Below are positions 49,339 to 60,800 of a DNA stretch of 64,000 nucleotides, one piece after another. The number at the start of each line of letters is the position of its first letter. Position 1 is the stretch's first letter. The stretch comes from Salpingoeca rosetta (taxonomy: Eukaryota > Protista > Choanoflagellata): positions 272,069 through 336,068 of the forward strand of contig JAWQFM010000013.1 in NCBI GenBank assembly GCA_033442325.1, written 5' to 3'. The notes below the pieces were generated by a model. It worked only from the letters and a program-made list of their open reading frames with translations, made no database searches and had not been told where the DNA came from. A program made the translations under genes and the position numbers.

Positions 49339-52300
49339 GTGGTGGGGGGGGAATATCAATGTGCGTGGGAGGTGAATCTGCTGTGGCGTTTTGTATGTTG
49401 TGCGTCAAAGCATCTCACAGCCACCCACCAACCACATGCATCCTCGCACGCGGCGCAGAGCCACTGCACACCAGAGGCGGTCAAGAACGCTCTTGTGCAG
49501 GGTGCTCGCCTCATTGAAGGTGCAATCAGTGTTTTTATTGCTGCTGCTGTAGTTGTTGTAGTTGTTGTTATGTTTGTTGTTGTAGTTGTTGTCATGTTCG
49601 TTGTTATTGTCATGTTTGTTGTTATTGTCATGTTTGTTGTAGTTGTTGTTATGTTTGTTGCTGTGGTGGTTCCATACTCTCTATGAATATGAAAGGGCCT
49701 TTCCATACTTGTGCGTGTGCTTACACGCGTGTTTATGTGCTCGTGTGTTCCAGTTGACATTTGGCCTGGGGCTGAGGCTGGATCAGAGGAACCAATGGTT
49801 GTGTATCACGGGCACACGAAAACACGGCCGTGCTCAGTGCAGAGCGTCTTCGATGTCATCAAGGTGTGTGTGTGTGTGAACAACGAAAGTTAACGCCATC
49901 ACGAGCCTTTACAACATGTGTCTGTGCGAGTGTGTTTTGAATCCTGTGCACTCTGTAGCTCGCGTTCACTCGACGGCTCACCTCCATTGGTTGATGTTCA
50001 CTGCCAGGAGCACGCATTCACTGCAAGCGAATTCCCTCTGATTGTCCTCGTTGAAATGCACCTTTCCACCGCCGATGCACAAGTCGCTCTGGCTGCGCTC
50101 ATTGCACAGACGCTTGGTATGGCCATGCACCTGGCAGTCGGCCAGCACATCTGCCCTGCTTGCCTATGCTGGTGTTGTGTGTGTGTGTACTGTGCGCGTG
50201 CATGTGTGTACATATGTGAGCATGTGCGTGCGCTTGCGTAGGCTCTGTGGGTGCGCATATGTGCGTGCGTGTTGTGAGCTGAGCTTGCGCGCACTTGTAC
50301 TCGCCCCTGACAACATGCCCGGAGCTGACGTGCTTGCGTGCACAACGATGGTGTGCTCTATGCTGTAGGCGACGCGCTGCTGCGACCAACAGATCCTCTG
50401 GTTCGCAAACACGAGACGATGCTGCCTTCCCCAAACCAACTCAAGCGTCGCATTCTCCTATGCTCGCAGCGCGCGCCATTCCTTTCCATTGATGAAGTGG
50501 GTGCCGTTGTGTTCCCTCCTGTGCACATGCGCGCATTTCTGTGTGTGTGTGTGCATGGGTGTGTGTGTATGTGTGTGGTCTGTGTATGTGTGCCCGGGAT
50601 ATGTGCGTGCCTGTGTGTTGTTGTTATGAGTCAATGTGTGTGTGTGTGTGTGTTTGTTGCCGGTGTGTGCTCGTGCACTTTATTCGCGATTTCAGATAAC
50701 GCTTTGCCTTGACACACATCACATCGTGAACACACCAAGGCATGCACACATACACACGCACACACGTTCAAGCACATGCACCTGCGGTACACTGACACCA
50801 TCCTCCTCTGTTGTTGCGCTTGTATGCGTGCGTGCTCAGGGCGTGGGCGCGGAGGTTGTCTTGCACGACGAATACGCGTTTTACGCGGAGATCAAGAAGA
50901 AGAACAAGAAGAAGACAAAGCGGGCAATGCCGAAATCATCATCGTCGCCAGTCCTCCTCGCCCCAGGTGCACACGCCATCCAACATTCACATTGTCAAGC
51001 GCACGCACGCAAGCTATCACACACACACACACGCACGCACACACGCACACACACGCGCATACACAAGCTTGCTGTCATCGCACTCATTTCCCGCCACCTT
51101 TGTTTTTCTTCCTCTTTGTTGAAACACACCTGATTGTTCGCCACCAGAGTGGAGCACCATCGTCGCACTGAACCATGCACCGCTTGGCACAGACTTTGCG
51201 GAGGCACTTGCCATGCCAGACCCCTGGACACTGCTCTCGCTGTCCGAATCCTCTGTGATTCGTGCGCACGATGAAGGCCATCTTGATGACCTTTTGCAGT
51301 GAGTCGGAAAGTGTTGCACACCCACATGCACAACCATACACGTAGACACGCACACACACCGCGCACACAGTTTGCTGCGGTGTTTGCGCACACAAGTGGG
51401 CTTCGTGCGCAGCAAAGGTTGCACCGTGTCAGCAAACGTGAATCTGTGCGCTTGACTGCATCAAGCCCTGACACTCACAACCGATTGTGTTCATGTGTGC
51501 ACTGTGTTTGCGTGCATGTGTACACTGTCAAGGTTGACACAGCAGCAGTTGGTGCGCGTGTATCCTGGTCCACCTCGTGTTGAGTCGACGAATTTCATTC
51601 CGACGGCGTTCTGGACGGTGGGCATCAACTGCTGCAGCCTCAACTTTCAGACACACGACCACGGGTATCAGGTGGCCACTGGGCGCTTTTTCACGAACGG
51701 CAACTGTGGATATGTGCGCAAGCCGCTGTTCCTTATTGACGAGGAATCGTCATATTCGCCTGTTGTGCGCCACCATGCAGGTGCACATCCAACCACCCAT
51801 ACGCTGTGTGTGTGTGTGTGTGTGTGATATGCGTGTGGTATTCCATGTGTGTGTGTGTGTGTGTGTGTGGGATATGCGTGTGTATTCCATGTGTATGCCT
51901 GTGCATGATCTCTTTTGTGTGCCTATGTGTGTGTGTGTGCACTTGTCTTGTGTATTGGCTGCCAACTGCCGCTCCGACTTCACCAGTCCGCGTCTTCTGG
52001 TTGTTCTGGATCTGGGTCTCCTTCGCTCCGTGCGCTCACGGAGCTTCCTTCTTTGTCTACTTGTTCTGAATGGGTCAATTCACTCAATCAACAGATGGTG
52101 CCCGGTCATTTCCCTCGGCCCCTCGCCATGTTCGCGTAACAGTGTGCAGTGCGCAACAGCTGCGCCACGCAGGTGCGCGTGCATTGTCTTTGTGTTTGCA
52201 CCGCTGCCGGCCTCTGATGAACCTGCGCTGTGTGTTGCCTACAAGCTCGCACATCTCTCACTGCCGCGCTGTGCTCTTGTGCAAACAGATTTGTCGGAAG

Positions 52301-54172
52301 AAGAAGAAGCCATGGATGACGACCATCAAGTCATTGACCCTTATGTGCATGTGCAGATGCTCGGTACGTTGGCGCTACATGCTCTCGCCACGCCCTTCAC
52401 GGACATGCTGTAGGCTGCTCATGCCAAGCTGTAGTTTTGCGGGTGTTCTGCAGCTAAGCTGAAGTCATGTGTGTGTGTGTGCACGTGTGTGTGTGCGTGT
52501 GTGTGCCCTTTTGTCTTGCGTTGGGAATGGCTGACATTGAAGTTGTGCGGTCCCGGTGTTGTTCGACAGGCGTCACTGCAGACGAGGCGAGCTACACCAC
52601 GCGCGCGCTGGACAACTGCGACTTCAATGCTTACTGGAACGAGCACTGCTCCTTTGTTGTTCTCTGTCCACCGCTGGCCATGGTGCAGCTGCTGGTGGGT
52701 GAAAACACGTCATGCAAACTTGTCACCTCGCCTGCACACATACCAATGCTCACGGCCACAAAGCACGCATCCACTGCCTACGCGGCAATTAACAAGCCTG
52801 CTCTTGCCTTCCTTTGTCTTCTTCTGCTGCTTCTTCTTCTTCTTCTTCTTCTTCTTCTTCTTCTTCTTCTTCTTCTTCTTCTTCTTCTTCTTCTTCTTCT
52901 TCTTCTTCTTCTTCTTCTTCTTCTTCTTCTTCTTCTTCTTCTTCTTCTTCTTCTTCTTCTTCTTCTTCTTCTTCTTCGTCTTCGTCTTCGTGTTTGCCAC
53001 CCCTTGTATCCTTGCTTCTCGTTCGCGTGGTGCTTACGTCTTCTCTGCTCGCGTGCTGCAGGTCCTTGATGACGACATCGTCCACGAAAACTTCCTTGGG
53101 CAGGCGGTCCTTCCGTTCTCTGCACTCAGCACAGGATACTGGTTCGTTTGAAAAAGGGAAGGGGTCCTGTCCGTGATCTGCCTGCTGCGTGTGTACATGT
53201 GTGTATGTGTGCATGCGCGCGTGTATGTATGTATGTATGTATGTATGTATGTATGTATGTATGTATGTATGTATGTATGTATGTATGTATGGATGTATGG
53301 ATGTATGTATGGATGTATGTATGTATGGATGTATGGATGTGTGTGTGTGTCTGCTATTTTGTGCCCATGTGTGTCTGCTAGTCTGTGTGTATGTATGTAT
53401 GCATCTGTTTGTCTGTCGAACATGTTGCCCATGTACGTCTATGTGGCGCATCGCTTGTAACACCGCTATCGCATGTGTACTTGCTGTGAATGCTTGTCCA
53501 GGCACGTACAATTGTGTGACCGGCTCGGTGTAGCGATCCCAGGCAGTTACTTGTTCATAAAGGTCGAGTTTGCATTTGCGCACACCGGAGCCATGTCACA
53601 CCTGCACCTGCACATGTGCCTTTGGTTCTCAAGTGTTTGTTGCTCTTGCCATCTGTTACGATGCTGTTGCTGTGTTTTGTTCGTTTGCTTGTTTGCTGTA
53701 ATTGTGCTGCTTGCTTGCTCGCTTGTGTGCGTGCTCATGCCGTGTGCCTGAATGCTCTACTGTGCATACAGCTTGAAGTGGGTGACTTCGACTCCGACGC
53801 AGCCACGGACATGGCGGCGCAGCAGCAGCAGCAGCAGCACGATGATATGGACGCCGAACAGCCCAGACCGCAGGAGGCGCTCGCCCACCAGAACATGAGG
53901 TGGTGCCACAAACCTGCCTTGCACGCGTGCCCATTTTTGTCTTTTGTCTTTGGTTTCGGCTGCTGTGCTGCCTACCACCCTGTGCACGCGGCTGCGCCGT
54001 GCGTGCGTGTGCCGCATTTATGGTTCCGGTGCAACTTAACCGCGCCCATGCTTTCGGACACATATTTCACGCCATTGGTCAGACGAGTGTCTTTCAACGA
54101 GGCAGTCAAGATGGAGGCAGCAGAGCTAAATCTGGCTGGGGATCCAAAGGTAACCATATATCGAAAGGCATT

Positions 54173-54211
<39 letters not shown>

Positions 54212-56344
54212 GTGTGTGCGTGTGCGTGTGTGTGTGTGGCGTGCACTGTCACAAGTTTGGATCAACATGCAGGAGAGTGCCTTGTCTGTTTGAGCTGGTG
54301 TCATGCCTGTGTGATGTGTATGTGTGTTTGAGTAACCCGCTGGGATCGTGGGTTCGGTCTGGACTTTGGCGAATCTGCTTGGCGCGACTTACATGAGGAA
54401 ACGCTCGCCGTGGTGCTGCTTGCACAAACCGTTTGCCAGGTCGATGGCTTGTTTCAACAGTGCAACGACGTTGTGGAGCGTGTTCGTGCTCACGAAACAG
54501 CAATCAGCGCCGCCCAGGCAGAGTTTATGACAGCACTTGACTGCGAGGTGTGTGTGTATGTTTGTGTGTGCGAGCGGTGTGTGTGTGTGTGTGTGTATGT
54601 GTGTATGTGTGTGTGTTTTTTGTGCGCGCGTGCCTTTCTGCCTGCCTGCCTGTGTGCGCCATCTCTGTATCTCTCTGTGAAGCCAAAACCATGTTGGTAG
54701 CAAATCAGGCGCTGCGACTCGAGCACGTGGTGTGTCGGGAGCTGCGTGACGTTGAAATGTCCTCACCTTGATGTCCTGGGCATTACCTCTGTGCACGTGA
54801 CACGACACTTCTTAGACATCGGCAACCATCCCAGAGGCTGTTGGCGTTTTGACTGAGCGCCTTGCCGGCCATCCATACCAAGTCGAGGCTGAGGGCGAGG
54901 TATTGTGCAGCCTGTGTACAAGAGTATGCATGATCAGCCCTCCGTGTTTGGCACCCCACTCTCGCCTCTTCTTCCCTTGCACAGATTTGGGCTTGTGCGA
55001 CTGCGAATCAATGGCTCTTCTTGGCTGCGCCTGTGACAGGGTATATCACTGACGCTTGAGGAACCCGACTCTGCATCAGGCGGACTTGGACGCTCACTTG
55101 AGGTTGGCGATCGCCTGCTTTTGCACACGTGCGAATGCGATCGGTGATTGACATGCGCTGAGAAGAGGGTCTGGGTTTTGTTCCGTCTCTTCGTCGCTCT
55201 GTGGCGCAATCCAACAGCATGGCCCAACTCCACTTTGCGACGCTACTCAGAGCCTTCAGCTGCTGTCCCGCGCGTACACGGAGCTGCTGTCAGCCTCTGA
55301 GGACTTGGCGCGTCAGATTGCAACAAAGGAGGAGGAACTTCAAGAAATGGAGCGAAACATGCAGGTGAGATCATTGTTTGCCCGTAGCATGGTTTGAGGA
55401 GTTTTCAACTTCACACGCATGGGTGCACACATACATACACACACAACACACACACACACACATACATACACACAACACACACGCACGCATGCACGGACGC
55501 ACGCATATGCGTTGCGGCGTCTCCAACCTGACCATGTAGCTGTCATGAACCCTAATGTGTTGCCCCTCTGTTGCGCCACTTTTCTCGGTGGCAAACGCAG
55601 GGACACGTTGACCTGGGTCTCCTTTCCCTGATTCGCAACAACTGCGCAATTGTACGTCTCAGCTTTTGTGTGTGGACTTTGCTATGCTGTTTGGTGTCTG
55701 TGATGCTGGTATGGTCACCGACTACAACCCGCTCAGCTCGCATGCACTCCGTACTTCGTACCCGGTGTTTGCTCCTGCTTGGTGGTACGTACAACTGTGC
55801 CTCCTTGTTTGGTGTGTGCTGTGCTCACATGGTGTCCACATTTTCCCAACCGTCACCAGTTTCGGTCGTTGCCAACACGCTTGACAACGCTGCTTGCCAA
55901 CGCTGAAGATGAGCTGTTCAGCTTGAAGGTGGGGGATGTGTGTGGTTGCTTGCTTTGTTTGTTTGTTTTTGATTGTATACATGTATGTTTTTGTTTGTAT
56001 GCATGTGTGTGTGTACGTGTGTGTGTGTACACGTGTGTGCGGTGTGTATGTGTTTGGTTTGTGTTGGTACCAGCCGCCCGTCTTCACTTACCACCTGACT
56101 CATGGTGCCTTGTTTGGAAACATGCTTGTTTGTGGCCCTGTATACGCGCAGACGGCGTTTTTGCGTCGCCACAGAGCATCGATTGTGCCTGCTGTGGATA
56201 TGGTTTGACGCCATGATGCCTGCGCCGATGAACACACGGTTCATCTTGGACATGCCATTGCATTGGTTCCTGGATATTGTGTTTGCCTGATGTGGATCAA
56301 TGCCCACGTTGTCGTACGTTATGGTGCAGGTGCTGGCCAAGTGA
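45440..56344 (+). CDS. Phosphoinositide phospholipase C, PRIP/PLCL-like architecture (RVxF - PH - EF - X - Y - C2 - helical C-terminal extension), multi-exon
   Basis: PH (GTLLIKLRNKKLYERFY..CFTV..LDLVA..RDLWIVGIR); X box QDMNQPLRSYFIKSSHNSYL.GNQL..GARLIE|VDIW..VVYHGHT..AF..SEFPLIVLVEMH..LPSPNQLKRRILL; Y box LVRVYP..STNF.P..FW..G..CSLNFQT..GRF..NGNCGYV.KP; C2 IDPYVHV..NAYWNE..VLDDD..FLGQ..GY. KKRVSF upstream of PH. The final micro-exon (VLAK*) is tentative. Confidence 0.93.
52829..52977. repeat. (CTT)n trinucleotide microsatellite in a PLC intron
   Basis: About 49 CTT units. Confidence 0.96.
53223..53340. repeat. (TATG)n microsatellite in a PLC intron (another at ~47554-47609)
   Basis: Direct observation. 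Confidence 0.92.
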
Positions 56345-57700
56345 TTTCTCTCCGTTTTTCCTCTTTCGTGCTTGAATCATGACTTGTTACAACACACTGT
56401 GCGTGAGAGGTTGACCAACAAACAAAACAAAGCGGTCAACTGGTCCATTATGAAACCTGTCCATTCCAGCTCACAAATAGCAAGCTGGTCACACATATGT
56501 ACACACACACACACACACGCAGAGAGAGAGAGAGAAAACAAACAAACCACAAACGGCAGACAAATGGGAAAGTCAAAGAAACAACATGATCGGGATCATT
56601 GAAGCTGGGGGGGGGGGGAAGGGGGTTCACATCAAGAATGGCATGCGAACATACAGTGGTGAAATGAAGCATGCGCATAGAACAACTACCATTGTGCAGT
56701 CATTCCTTTGTTTATCCTTTTAGTCTTTTTGTTGTTTTTGCCTTGTTGTTTGCTTGCATAAGGTTGGCAGAGCTTACATGACCACATGACCCTATGGCCA
56801 CTGTTGCATTTGGGATTATGTTCTTGCACTGTTCGTGAGAAATTGCTCGGCGTTCGTGCAAAATGTAAGCGTTTCCGGTGATGATGTTCCATCATGTTAC
56901 ATTACATTACTTAACGTTGGACGCCACATGCTCCTGCATGCTCAAATGCAGCATGAAGACATGGTTTTACAATACAATCACAAGGTATCATTCCCCATCG
57001 CACAATGCTATAATGGCCCTTAGCCTTAGCTTACTTCACCTTTTTTTTTCCACCCTCCAACCCTGTACATCCATTGGGAATGCGCACATATTTATGCTCG
57101 TGCACTCACTCATCCGCGTCCTAGCATCATCAACGCTCTCAGCGGTTTGGACTGCTTGAGACAGACAGCTTCGCGGGTTGGCTTCAGTGCTTTCGGTTCA
57201 GTGTTTGTGTGTGGAAGGTTTATTGGGGAAAACTCGCTGAAATCTTACACTGCTCCCAGCGCTCAAAGATGGGGAAGGCAATTGCGGCAAAACAAAGGGC
57301 AGCGGTGCGTATGGGTGAATGTGTGTGAGAGCACGCGCCTCATAGACAGAAAGAAAAGTGAATCAATAGATAGATAGATAGAAACCAAGTGCCTCGGTGC
57401 GAGGCTCATGTGTAGTGCTGCGACTGTCGCTTAGACAGTTGCAGGGGGCTCTGTTGCGGCCGGGCCACCGGGGCTTCGTGAGGTCACTGGGGCGCTGCGT
57501 GGCTGTCCCTCATCGTTGTCGGTGGTGGCGGTGGCAGCGGCGGTGGCAGCAGCGCCGTTGTTGCTGTCATTGCTGCGTTTGTGTGCCTTTGCAATCATTC
57601 GCACGTGTAAGATCACTCCTACTTTCAAGGATAGTCCAAACTGTTTATTGTTACGCATTACGACACCACAAAAGCAACCAATACGTCGCGTCCCACACAG

Positions 57701-57790
<90 letters not shown>

Positions 57791-57882
57791 CTCCCCCTCT
57801 CTCTCCCTCGCCACCATCTCCAACACACCCACCCACACTATCCCCCCCCACACAAGGATGGGCTCAGTCATCAACTTGAAGC

Positions 57883-60800
57883 TTATGGCTCCAAGGCGAC
57901 GACCGAGGTCTGATCCGTACCACCACCACCGCTCTGGCCCTCATCAGAAAACGGCACAAAACTCAGTCCGCTGCGATCAAATGAACGGGCATTCACAACA
58001 TCGTCAAATGTCAAGGTCAGCATGCCAGACGTCATGTCGATGACGTAGCCTGCAACGCTTGGCCTGGTATCGTCCCCATGGTAGCCGGCAGCCATTACGC
58101 CAGCCTCGGGATCAGCCTGGTTGCCTTGCATGTCTCGCACAAAGCCACGCTCACCAACCAGCCACGTGTTCTCCTGCGCGGTTGCAACTGCAGCGTCCAG
58201 TTTCAGCGTCCCAATAAACGCCCCAGTCAGGTCCACCCGCAACACGTGCATCTCCACGTACTCTGCTCCGGCAGTCTCGCTAGCTGCACGGTATCCGGTG
58301 TCACCGCCCGTGCTCAGCGGTGCGCCTGCAACAAACATCTTCGTGGCATCCAGCGTTCCCGATGCAACAGGCTCCGAGAACGTCAGCTGCACCACAGCAC
58401 TGTCAAGGTCAAACGTGAAGCGGAGCAGGGCTGGTGGCACACTGTCTGCAACAAAGTCGCTGCTCACACCAAGGGCCGTGGAATGGGGCGTCCCCACAGC
58501 AGCGTTGCTGGCCGTGTCACGCACAAACCCAGCATCCGCACGCAAGTATGTCGATGCTCGTGCAGTCGCCAAGCCGCCACGCGCCTTCAGCAGGTACACG
58601 TCGGCGTCTGCAAGCGCCATCCTCAGCACCAGGGCGGTTGCGCCGTAGGATACCTTGGTTCCGTTGGTCCCCAGTCGCAACTGCGTCGCACCAGCCAGCG
58701 CGCTGTTCGCCACCCCCTGAATAACCAGCAGGCTTGCATTCAGCGATGAGGCAAGCACGGGTTCGTCAAATGTCATCTCAAGGAGCGCCTCGTTCATGTC
58801 CAGCGCAAACCGCCGCAACACGGGGCCGGTGACATCAGCCACAAACCGAGCTGGCTGCAGGTTGCGCGTGGCATGGATGGCTTCATTGGTGTTGCCAAAA
58901 CCGTCCGCAACCGCACCAGCAGCCAAGACAAGCACACTTGTCGCAGCATTCGAGGCCACACTGCGTCGGGCCTTGAGCTCGTTCAGATCATCAGCGCCCA
59001 ACACCACGGCAATCTGCGTGGAAAGCAAATCAGCCGACAACGAACTGCCAGACCAACCGTGTGCCTCGCTGTCTGGTGTCAACCGGAACCACGTCTCGTT
59101 GGACGTGGCGCGACCATCGCGGTCGACGACATCAACCGACGCGTTCGAAAGCAGCACGACGGCACTGACATCAAATGTGTCTACCGCGACAACCTCGTCA
59201 AACGTCAGGACCAGAACCCCGTCGTCCATGTCGAGTTCAAACGCATCCAGCACGGGCCCGCTCTCGTCTGACAGGAACACCACAGGCACGAACGCCTCCG
59301 TCGCAGATATGGCATTACCGGCCGTGTCAGTCACCGCGCCGGCCGCGACCTGCACCAACGTTCTGTTCTGCGTTGCAACGAGACTCGGGCGCAGTTGCAG
59401 CGCCTGCAAATCAGCTGCCGACAGCGACAGCGACACGTGCCGACCATACCCGGCGAGGATGAAGCCCCCTTCCTGCTGCACGCCTGTGCCTGCACGCCGC
59501 AACGTCACGGCACCAGCATCCAGAGCACCAGTCGTGATATTGAGGAACGAGATTGCGGTCACTTGAAGCGACTGTACGTCCACCGTCTCCGAGAACTCCA
59601 GCGTCACGTTGGCATGGCCGCGCTGACTCAAGTCGACGCCGACCGCAACAACGCGCGGGGCGACGCCGTCGCGCTCAAATGCACCGCACGCAGCTGCCTC
59701 GTCGGCCGTCAGCGCACCAGCCCTCTGCGCGAACACGTCGGAGAAGGCTTCCGCGTCGTAACGCAAGAATGTGCTCTCCCGTGACACGGCGAGCGACAGG
59801 CTCGCGCGCAGACGCTCCACATCCTCAAAGGCCAGCTCGACGCGCAGCACCGGGAACGCCCACGGCTGCCCATCCGCAACTTGTGAGCCGCTGCCCAGGC
59901 GCACCGCCTCAAACCGCAATTCATTGCCGCTGACGACTCGGACTGGCCCGTTTGCTGTGGTGACGGTGGTCACGACGGGGAACGTGTTGGCTGTGGCGTT
60001 TGTAACGTTCTGCAGCACTACGCGGGACAAATCAAGACTTGCTCCAACGACCGTCTCAGAGAACGTCAGCCACAGCTCGTTGCTCGTGAGGGACAGCGTG
60101 AAATCAACCAGCACGGGAGCAGTCGTGTCGGTGGTGAAGTTGGCACACAGCAGCGCACCCAGGGCGCTTACGCCGGAGCCTTCGCTACCACGGGCAACAG
60201 CGCGTCGACCGGCACGATCCTGCACGAGCCCCGATGCGTGTGACAGCCATGCTCGCTCACGCGAAACTGCAATGCGCTTCTGTGTGAGCACATCCACGTC
60301 CGCGCTCTCCAACGCAACGTCGATCCGGCGTGCCAGCACGTCCGTCCCCGCCACGTGCCCACCCTGTAGGCGGTGTCCACTGCCCGCGGCGGCCGAGGAC
60401 GAGTTCGGTTCAAGCACAATGGCGCTGACGTTCAGCGTGCCCACATCCACACTCTCGTTGAACACCAAGGTCAACACCCGCGAGTTCATGTTCAGGTCAA
60501 ATTCAACCAGCAGCGGTTGGTTGACATCCTGCACAAACGCACTTGCCTGCAGGGGCGCGAGCACGGGCTCCAAGGCATTGCCAGCCATGTCATCACACAA
60601 GTGTGCTGCCATCAGCAACCCGGTGTTGCTGGCGTTGGCAAACAGGCCACCCGAGGCCTTGACGGCGTCAAGGTCCCCACGCGTCATGCGCAACTCAATG
60701 CGTAGGCCGTTATCTCCACGCACGTTGCCACCACGCAAGGTCACGTTGCGCCCACCACCAGCGCCCACCAGCGTCAGCGCGGTCGCGTCAACGCTCGACA

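Noticed and set aside
57015-57035. CCCTTAGCCTTAGCTTA telomere-like motif
   Set aside because: Only 2-3 degenerate units; not a (TTAGGG)n array.
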